DNA of 64,000 nucleotides, taken from positions 1 to 64,000 of the IMG/VR virus record IMGVR_UViG_3300035183_000841. One strand, 5' to 3'. Below the pieces are notes generated by a model, which saw only the letters and a list, made by a program, of their open reading frames with translations, had not been told where the DNA came from and did no database searches. Every line of letters begins with the position of its first letter. Positions within the stretch are counted from its first letter, which is position 1. Shown one piece after another: positions 57,443 to 64,000 of the stretch. The translations under genes and the position numbers were made by a program. This DNA comes from a virus.

Positions 57443-57582
57443 ATTGTAGCAACTATATTTTCACGTTCAACAAATCGAGCAAGAGTGATGGCCCTTTATA
57501 TTCCTCCAAGCGACAGCGAAGCCCCTCGCGTCTTACGCGCTGGGACTCCGCTTGTGCTTTGTGCCTTGACGAACTAGGACGT

Positions 57583-58128
57583 TTACGTTTCGTCGTACTG
57601 CCAAGTGAGCTGTTCTGCTGTCGTGACTCCGGGTCCGGCGGTCGAGACAACGGCGACCTGGTAGATGACGAAGTCCCCGAAGTCACCGGTCGTCGATCCG
57701 ATTGAGCCGTTCACCGATAGCGGCGAAGCGGACGTGTACTGGAACGCGTTTGTGGCAGTAGTCGGGCTCAACGCCGATGTGTAGTTCGCAGAAGTGAGCT
57801 GGTTGCCGCTCGTACCGACAGTGCCGCTAGCCTGCACATACGCGCTACACGTCGCAACGTTGAGCGAAATACCTGTCCCCATCGAGTTCGTGCCGTCCGT
57901 GTACCACTTGATGTTGTTGATCGCCGTTGATGGAGCGGATGTTGCAGACAGCCTCGTGGCCACCCAGAACGAGTAGTTCGTACCGGAAGAAGGCACCGGG
58001 ATAGGGTTGTTGGTTCCAGGGTTCGGGTCATCAGCCGTTGCCGCCCTGTTGGTTGTCCCGGTGATGTCGGTCTTCGTTGGAGAAGCGCTCGAACCGGTCC
58101 ACCTCATTATTTTAACTGTTGCTGCCAT
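57583..58128 (-). CDS. Ser/Thr-rich beta protein, probable virion component
   Basis: PIP.P....YS.W, I.NIKWY.DG, LTWQYDE. Confidence 0.65.
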   Translation of the reverse strand: MAATVKIMRWTGSSASPTKTDITGTTNRAATADDPNPGTNNPIPVPSSGTNYSFWVATRLSATSAPSTAINNIKWYTDGTNSMGTGISLNVATCSAYVQASGTVGTSGNQLTSANYTSALSPTTATNAFQYTSASPLSVNGSIGSTTGDFGDFVIYQVAVVSTAGPGVTTAEQLTWQYDET

Positions 58129-58296
58129 CTCTTCCTACATCAACTCCTAGTTGCAAGATTTATTTATCTTGGGTGACTCCACACCTCCACATGAGGCTAA
58201 ACGATATTCGACTACAAGGCAATACCCGTGTGGAGCGGTCGTTCATGAGAGATACGATATTCAAATCGCTATCGTTTGAGCGATAATTTTAAATCT

Positions 58297-58725
58297 TCAG
58301 CCTCTAAACCGCAATAGAGGCAGAGGTTTAGCGGCGCAACCACGGTGATTCTTCGTGGTTATCCCTATCCGCTCTAGACATACGTCGCATATATCATCGC
58401 CAACTCTCAGATGGCGGAAACTCACGAGACAATCTCTGTACCCCGAATCGTCGTAGAGCCTCGTCAGTCCAGTAAAAGTGCTGACCTTTATGAGGAGATC
58501 TGCCTCACTATTTGCTAGATCGATACTTTTGATTGAAGTCGGGATGATGTAGACCATCATATAGCGCACACCGCACAGGGTATCTATGGCCAGATCATTT
58601 CTTGTTGATAGATGCGCTTTACGATCAGATAACCACGCCTTGAATGTCTTAATCTTGCGCTTAATGACCATGTACCGCTCATCCCTGAACTTGATATAGA
58701 CAGCCTCTGCTTCGCAGATGCGCAT
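58297..58725 (-). CDS. H..T.CG...CD.C Zn-finger family, copy 3
   Basis: AHL...TLCG...ICDVC; SD GAGGAG. Confidence 0.6.
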   Translation of the reverse strand: MRICEAEAVYIKFRDERYMVIKRKIKTFKAWLSDRKAHLSTRNDLAIDTLCGVRYMMVYIIPTSIKSIDLANSEADLLIKVSTFTGLTRLYDDSGYRDCLVSFRHLRVGDDICDVCLERIGITTKNHRGCAAKPLPLLRFRG

Positions 58726-58746
58726 GACATCTCCTCTCGGGAGGGG

Positions 58747-58819
58747 TGGGGCGAGTGGGGATCGAACCCACGACCGTCGGATTAAAAGTCCGCTGCTCTG
58801 CCAACTGAGCTACCGCCCC
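58747..58819 (-). tRNA. tRNA-Lys(UUU), CCA not encoded
   Basis: GGGGCGG-TAGCTCAGTTGGCAGAGC-AGCGGA-CTTTTAA-TCCG...GGTTCGATCCC; full cloverleaf. Confidence 0.93.
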
Positions 58820-58827
58820 CTCCATGC

Positions 58828-58904
58828 TGGTTGGGCGCCAGGGAATCGAACCCTGCTCCAGATGTTTATAAGACATCCGCCAGCTACCAGCTAGCATGCG
58901 CCCA
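58828..58904 (-). tRNA. tRNA-Ile(UAU) with encoded CCA
   Basis: Acceptor TGGGCGC/GCGCCCA-A-CCA; anticodon arm GATGT-CTTATAA-ACATC; T-loop GGTTCGATTCC. Confidence 0.88.
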
Positions 58905-58908
58905 TAAG

Positions 58909-58992
58909 TGGCGAGGACGGGAGTATGTGGCGCATTCGCTTACCTTCCCCAAGGGTCTATATTCTTTTGTAAAGAAGCCTCCCGCCCTCGCC
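58909..58992 (-). ncRNA. Unassigned structured small RNA upstream of tRNAs
   Basis: 14-bp terminal stem GGCGAGGGCGGGAG/CTCCCGTCCTCGCC enclosing small hairpins. Confidence 0.4.
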
Positions 58993-59001
58993 GAGAGGAT
59001 T

Positions 59002-59643
59002 CTACCCGACGGACAAATCCCGCTCCATCGCTAAACAAATCTCTAGAGCAAGCTCTCTCGGTATCTTTGCTTTTATCTCAGATGGGGTTCTACTTTGGAC
59101 GCCTGTCAATGACCCCCTAGGAGCCCTTACATGGCAAGGGTCTCCATTACTACAGATAGGTCTGGGGGCCCAACTTTTAGGGAACCCTCCCCAAAGGTCG
59201 GTCGGCTTCATGTACTTCAGCCCGTACTGGCAGTAAGTTACAGTAACCCTATCGAACCTGGCCATCATAGGAAGTTTCCTGAGCTTAGCCCTGGGGTTCT
59301 CTATAACGAAGAATCTAGGAGACATCTGTTCGATAAGATTTATTGTCTTCTCGACCAGCTTAACTGCATGTGCAGCTTCCGGCGTCTTCGGGGAATGGGG
59401 GTTCGGGTCATCCGGTCCGGTCCAGTTCCGCCCAATCCGAAGAACCGAAAACGCCTCGCACGGAGGGCTAGCGAGGATCGCATCTGGCCTCCATGGGAAA
59501 TCCTCTGGTTCTACTTCCAAGATGTCAGCAACGATATCAGGGTGGAACTTCGGATCTATATCGAGGGTGATAACTTCATGCCCGCGCTCTAGAAACGGCT
59601 CACTCCACCCCTTGAGACCACAGAAAAGGTCTATAACATTCAT
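59002..59643 (-). CDS. Short DNA cytosine-C5 methyltransferase-like protein
   Basis: IDLFCG, LDID, ASPPC, IENP, YCQYG...KPT, IP..L. Confidence 0.8.
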   Translation of the reverse strand: MNVIDLFCGLKGWSEPFLERGHEVITLDIDPKFHPDIVADILEVEPEDFPWRPDAILASPPCEAFSVLRIGRNWTGPDDPNPHSPKTPEAAHAVKLVEKTINLIEQMSPRFFVIENPRAKLRKLPMMARFDRVTVTYCQYGLKYMKPTDLWGGFPKSWAPRPICSNGDPCHVRAPRGSLTGVQSRTPSEIKAKIPRELALEICLAMERDLSVG

Positions 59644-59645
59644 GG

Positions 59646-59933
59646 CTACTCGACCTTTAGATACTTGTTGTCCAATACTCCCAATATCTGTTTCGACTTC
59701 TTCTTCCCGAGATAGACGCCATAGACGGATATAGTATACGAGAAGTTCTCTTGGTCTTTGTTGTACTCCCAGTACAACTGCGGCAGGATGTCGATTACCG
59801 GCACATACCCCCTCTCACGCATATCCTCGATCAACCTATCTTCCAGCTCTTTACGGATACGTAGGATCGCCTCGCCGTCTACTGCAACGCCATCTATTGA
59901 GAATCTCTTTATGTTCCTCGTTACGATAGACAT
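59646..59933 (-). CDS. Conserved phage hypothetical protein
   Basis: MRERGYVPVID, S.YGVY.GK; start re-called at MSIVT. Confidence 0.65.
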   Translation of the reverse strand: MSIVTRNIKRFSIDGVAVDGEAILRIRKELEDRLIEDMRERGYVPVIDILPQLYWEYNKDQENFSYTISVYGVYLGKKKSKQILGVLDNKYLKVE

Positions 59934-59952
59934 GTATATGTACTCCGATAAT

Positions 59953-62229
59953 CTACCAATCGTGGACAGTAAAGACCCCAGCGTCCCAATCCCAAGTCGC
60001 CTTGAATGCAAACAGCTCTGACCTCCTGGACTTCTTAGCTTCAACCGTGACAAGTTGCCCAGATCTGAACAATGATAGAACCAAGTCACTGTCGTAGGCA
60101 AGCTGTTTGCTCCAGGCCACCTCATTGAGTTCCGGTGCTCTACTGTCATGACCTTCCTCCATGGTAACAGCAACTATATCTATGATCGGGATACCGTATC
60201 TTACTGCCATCCTTTTGAAATCCTTAGACAGGTTACGGTGTCTTTCTGTTTCAGAACTTCCTCTTCTTGAATCACTAATGAGAGCGTGGTAATCGCAATT
60301 ATGGCTCATACCGAAATCGGTCAGATAGGTATGACTGTTCGTCTGGATCGGGACGAATACATCCTGTCCGATGGGCGTCACGCTTTTCACCCTCGTCCAT
60401 AGGAAACCCGAGTCTATGAAGGCAGACCTCATCCCGTTTCCGGCATCATCATAAGAGACAAGTGCATACGTCTGCTTCGTTTCTGAAACTATCCCGTTCG
60501 GGAACTCTCTTATACCTGGAGCCGCCGACTTGTATATGGAAGAGGAAACCCCCAGCCTAGCCAATATCCTTCTCAGTGCCAGTAATCCAGGAAGATGGAC
60601 GCTAACGATGCTCCTCCTCCTGTCTGTGTCTCTTGAACCGTCGGCGGCGAAGTACCCGTCTACAAGTGCCCTCTGATATGTGAAGTCGATCCTCTCCACC
60701 CAATCGGGAGGACACTTCATAGAGTTCCCTACCCTCCAGGTCCTCAACCACCTAGCCAATGCGACGTTGCAGAAACTTACCTTTTTGCACCCATTCAACT
60801 GGCGCACAAGGTACTTCTTGTTGCTGAGTAACGACGTGATCCTTTCGAATGTTTCTGTGTCGTTATCCGCTATAGAGACTTCAACTCTGTTTTGGTTGAG
60901 ATTGCCGTCTCCCCACCAATACCCGAAGAACCACCACCAATCTTTATCATAGAATTCATCTGGAACGTATTTGATGACTTTGCTTCTTATCTTATTTTCT
61001 ATTGGTTGCGGTTCAATCACCTCGTAATCTATCGGGAACCCTATGTAATGCGAAGAAGTCAGATCCTTGGCCTCTACCCAACCGTCTACGCCTCGTATGT
61101 TCAGGTATGAGTCAGCGATGTCTGGATTCTCTTTCAGATAGTCTTTACCACGCGATTTCCAATCAAGTATCCTATTCACGATCCTAATCCTTTCTTTGAA
61201 ATCTACGAATCTAGCCCAATAACGATGCTCATGGGTGACTATCTCGCTGAACGGTATACCCCTGAGTCGCACCTCAACGCCTTCAGATACTCGCTCTATT
61301 GCTGTTGGATGTTCCTCAACACGCATCCACTTGCCTTCATCGAAGATCATCGTGCCTTTCTTATGGCAAACAACCATATCCGGCCTATATTGTTCAATCT
61401 TCATTTGAATTGTTGTTTGTGTTATCTCATCAAGACCTTCATTCGTAACTATCCAGAACGGCTGTTTACCAGGATAGGTCTTGGCAGCCCAATCTTCGTA
61501 CGAGTCTATGTTGATGTTCCTGGCGTTTATGAGTCCGGTGTTCGATAGCGAACCGCCGCCCAGTAGCGTGTCAACCCGATACCCGATCTGTATATCGTCC
61601 ATCTCCAATGACACATACATCGGCTTGTACCCCATCTTCCATGCATGGGTAGCCAGGTACGTAGCGAACCATGTCTTCCCACTACCGGTCCATCCCATGA
61701 TGACGATGAAGTCACCCTTCTGCCATCCGCCGAAGAGGAGGTCGAGCTGCGGGATGCCGGATGGGATGCCGAGGATTTGCTTCCCGTTGTCGGACAACTC
61801 GGCCCTTTCCCGGAGGGAGTTCACCCTCAACCAATATTCGTTCGCAAGATCTCGGTCGCGGACGACATCGGTCTGATATCCAAGGACTGAAGACTTGGCG
61901 AAGATGTATTCTAGAGCTTCTCTTGGGTTTTCTTCGAGCATCCTCGAAGAGTTGACGAGTAAGTCTTCGATCCTGAATCTGAGGTACTCGTTGTTCACCT
62001 CATCGATCAGGTATTCGAGCGTAGCCTCAGTATGCTCAGGGTCGAAGTCAGGGAACTTATCTTTGATTATATCGAGGGTGGGCGAAGTGCGATACTTCAT
62101 GTAATAGTTCTCGATGAAGTTCCATATGTCCTTATGGAACTGTATCGAGTTGGCCACCTTCCCGTTTATGGCCTTCGTGACATCGCGCTCTTCTAGGACC
62201 TTCGTGATAAGTGCAGCTTCAAGATTCAT
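59953..62229 (-). CDS. dnaB: DnaB-like replicative helicase with intein
   Basis: GIPSG...LD..GG, GWTGSGKT, SLEM, VV[intein]CDY, YDSD.V. Confidence 0.92.
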   Translation of the reverse strand: MNLEAALITKVLEERDVTKAINGKVANSIQFHKDIWNFIENYYMKYRTSPTLDIIKDKFPDFDPEHTEATLEYLIDEVNNEYLRFRIEDLLVNSSRMLEENPREALEYIFAKSSVLGYQTDVVRDRDLANEYWLRVNSLRERAELSDNGKQILGIPSGIPQLDLLFGGWQKGDFIVIMGWTGSGKTWFATYLATHAWKMGYKPMYVSLEMDDIQIGYRVDTLLGGGSLSNTGLINARNINIDSYEDWAAKTYPGKQPFWIVTNEGLDEITQTTIQMKIEQYRPDMVVCHKKGTMIFDEGKWMRVEEHPTAIERVSEGVEVRLRGIPFSEIVTHEHRYWARFVDFKERIRIVNRILDWKSRGKDYLKENPDIADSYLNIRGVDGWVEAKDLTSSHYIGFPIDYEVIEPQPIENKIRSKVIKYVPDEFYDKDWWWFFGYWWGDGNLNQNRVEVSIADNDTETFERITSLLSNKKYLVRQLNGCKKVSFCNVALARWLRTWRVGNSMKCPPDWVERIDFTYQRALVDGYFAADGSRDTDRRRSIVSVHLPGLLALRRILARLGVSSSIYKSAAPGIREFPNGIVSETKQTYALVSYDDAGNGMRSAFIDSGFLWTRVKSVTPIGQDVFVPIQTNSHTYLTDFGMSHNCDYHALISDSRRGSSETERHRNLSKDFKRMAVRYGIPIIDIVAVTMEEGHDSRAPELNEVAWSKQLAYDSDLVLSLFRSGQLVTVEAKKSRRSELFAFKATWDWDAGVFTVHDW
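60298..61368 (-). mobile_element. LAGLIDADG intein in DnaB Walker B
   Basis: CHKKGT...VTHEH...GYWWGDG...DGYFAADG...MSHN/C. Confidence 0.9.
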
Positions 62230-62569
62230 CTATCTTGAATTCCCCCATCTTGCGCCTAGTCTTTTCCAATAGTTCCTCAACCCTTTTCTTCGCGGCATCT
62301 TCATTTTCTGATGCTCGCAAGCACTCATCTATCTTCTCTATGAAGGACCATAGATCATGCTTAGTCCTGGTCCTGAAGTAGTACTCCAGCGCCCTACCGA
62401 CCTCGCTAACGGTATAGTGTTCACCGACCCTTTCCGCTGCTCTCACCATCGGCCAGTTGACGAGATACTTGCTGCCGTGAGCGTACTCGTACTGGTCGAT
62501 GAACATCTCAACGATCCTCTTCGAGGCATTGGTTCTCTTCTTGCTCGATTTGGATCCCGTAGACATCAC
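62219..62569 (-). CDS. Hypothetical protein (helicase-adjacent)
   Basis: Overlaps dnaB start; ALEYYF. Confidence 0.65.
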   Translation of the reverse strand: MMSTGSKSSKKRTNASKRIVEMFIDQYEYAHGSKYLVNWPMVRAAERVGEHYTVSEVGRALEYYFRTRTKHDLWSFIEKIDECLRASENEDAAKKRVEELLEKTRRKMGEFKIDES

Positions 62570-62802
62570 TCGTTCATTATGCTTTCGGCCCGCTCCACGG
62601 CGTTATCGACCTCCCGCTCGACGACACGCCAAGCCCTGTCCCACGCCTGTTCATCCGACTCATCGGGACGCCTGGTGATGGACACGGAAGAGCCGAAACT
62701 GATCGATGAATAGTTCGGTAGCCCTTTCTTGAATTCGAGATGGACAGTGATCTTGTCTCCGGGATCAGTGAGATCGATGTCCTTTGCAGATTTCTTCGGC
62801 AT
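62566..62802 (-). CDS. Hypothetical protein (K.GLPNYSS..F)
   Basis: SD AAGGAGG before MPKK. Confidence 0.65.
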   Translation of the reverse strand: MPKKSAKDIDLTDPGDKITVHLEFKKGLPNYSSISFGSSVSITRRPDESDEQAWDRAWRVVEREVDNAVERAESIMNE

Positions 62803-62953
62803 CAGTTTTCCCTCCTTACCAATAGTTCTTCGTATTTGTCTACCTTCATGAAAACAGTTCTGCCGCAATTGATACACAACAGCTCGACATCATCCCTGCT
62901 GTCAGATTCAACCTTGACGACGAACCCCTTGCACCGATTGCACCTTAGAGACA

Positions 62954-64000
62954 CTATGCTTTATCACCCCTGAACACCATGTGGGGTAGAGCCTCTACCG
63001 CCCCATTATAAGTCACCTCGATGAGCCGATCCATCTCATGGACATCATCGATAGAGCCGCAACCCATGTAGGCCAGTCCAAGACGTATGCCTTTCACGAA
63101 ATCGGCGAACGTCTTCTCGAAATCATAGTCGATATCGAGCAGGAACTCCTCCCCCTCTACGGCATAATCGACTTCCCCCTTATCCTTCAGAGCCGAATCG
63201 GAGGCCATCCCCCTGAATACCTTCTTCTTCACGATACGTTCGCCGAAATCTATCTCGGTAACCCCCTTCTGCAACAACTCACCTGTATCGGTACCTTTAA
63301 CCGGAGCGACCATGGAGCGCACCACACTGTTGAGATTCGACTTCTCTCCGGTATTCACTAGCATGACCGGCCCCGCCGAAACTGGGTACGGAGCCAGTAC
63401 GCCTCCCAGCATCACCGCATCAGCTCCGGCCGCTATCGCCTTCACGGCATCGCCACTCGTGCGGATACCGCCATCAGCAACTATCACAACCTGACTATCT
63501 AGATGATCCCTCGCCCTGGCTGCATCCATGATCGCCGTTATCTGGGGAACACCTACACCAGCTACTTTCCTGGTCGTACAGGCACTCCCTCCTCCGATGC
63601 CGACCCGCAGCACATGAGCGCCAGCCTCTATATAGTCACATGCCGCCTCGTAAGTGCATATATTGCCGGACATCACGATGACATCATGGCCAAGACCGAC
63701 CAGCTTGTCCGTCCTGTCCAGAGCGGCTTCGGTATGCCCGTGAGCGACATCGATGGTGATGAGGCTAGCCCCAGCCTCGATGAGACTCAATGCACGTTCC
63801 CACGAGTCGCCGTTCACGCCGACAGCCGCACCAACATAGAACCCCTCATCGGCCAATGTCTTCACAATCTCTACCTGGGTGTCGATGGCACAGTACCGAT
63901 GTACTACCCCGATCCCCCCATTCGACGCAATGAACCTAGCCATGCTATAGCCGGTTACGGTGTCCATGGGAGAAGAGAGGATGGGGATATCCAGAACCAG
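62954..64000 (-). CDS. IMP dehydrogenase/GMP reductase family, no CBS domains; start beyond window edge
   Basis: IPILSSPMDTVT, IDVAHGH, GIGGGSACTTR, ADGGIRTSGD..KA..AGAD.VM.G, FRGMAS. Confidence 0.9.
   Translation of the reverse strand: MVLDIPILSSPMDTVTGYSMARFIASNGGIGVVHRYCAIDTQVEIVKTLADEGFYVGAAVGVNGDSWERALSLIEAGASLITIDVAHGHTEAALDRTDKLVGLGHDVIVMSGNICTYEAACDYIEAGAHVLRVGIGGGSACTTRKVAGVGVPQITAIMDAARARDHLDSQVVIVADGGIRTSGDAVKAIAAGADAVMLGGVLAPYPVSAGPVMLVNTGEKSNLNSVVRSMVAPVKGTDTGELLQKGVTEIDFGERIVKKKVFRGMASDSALKDKGEVDYAVEGEEFLLDIDYDFEKTFADFVKGIRLGLAYMGCGSIDDVHEMDRLIEVTYNGAVEALPHMVFRGDKA

Noticed and set aside
58130-58350. Possible riboswitch upstream of 57583-58128
   Set aside because: Some inverted repeats but no aptamer consensus I can recognise
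1-64000. Host chromosome or integrated prophage interpretation of pup, IMPDH and DegT genes
   Set aside because: These genes are embedded among phage genes without their usual host operon partners; no integrase or att junction is visible

Overview
A 64-kb segment of a large tailed (siphovirus-type) phage genome. WhiB, Pup and actinobacterial LexA-type boxes point to an Actinomycetota host. From left to right: (1) the end of a ubiquitin-like operon (ThiF/E1 + Ubl) cut by the window edge; (2) many small accessory genes; (3) a ~9-kb domain (about 6.65-15.55 kb) very rich in GAGT/ACTC motifs, bounded by two convergent promoters that each have an upstream LexA-type box, followed by a repeat-flanked GC-rich cassette; (4) HNH, WhiB, MazG-like and Pup genes; (5) a glycosyltransferase / intein-containing class II RNR / GNAT / DegT aminotransferase / deaminase / glycosyltransferase cluster; (6) head and tail morphogenesis genes (portal, multidomain protease-scaffold, major capsid, adaptors, major tail with an apparent ATA start, frameshifting tail chaperones, tape measure with M23 domain, tail tip and fibre genes); (7) a leftward arm with lysis candidates, tRNA-Lys(UUU), tRNA-Ile(UAU), an unassigned structured RNA, a methyltransferase, intein-containing DnaB and a 5'-truncated IMPDH/GMPR. 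No terminase, integrase or CRISPR array is visible. All calls come from reading motifs by eye; no searches were run.
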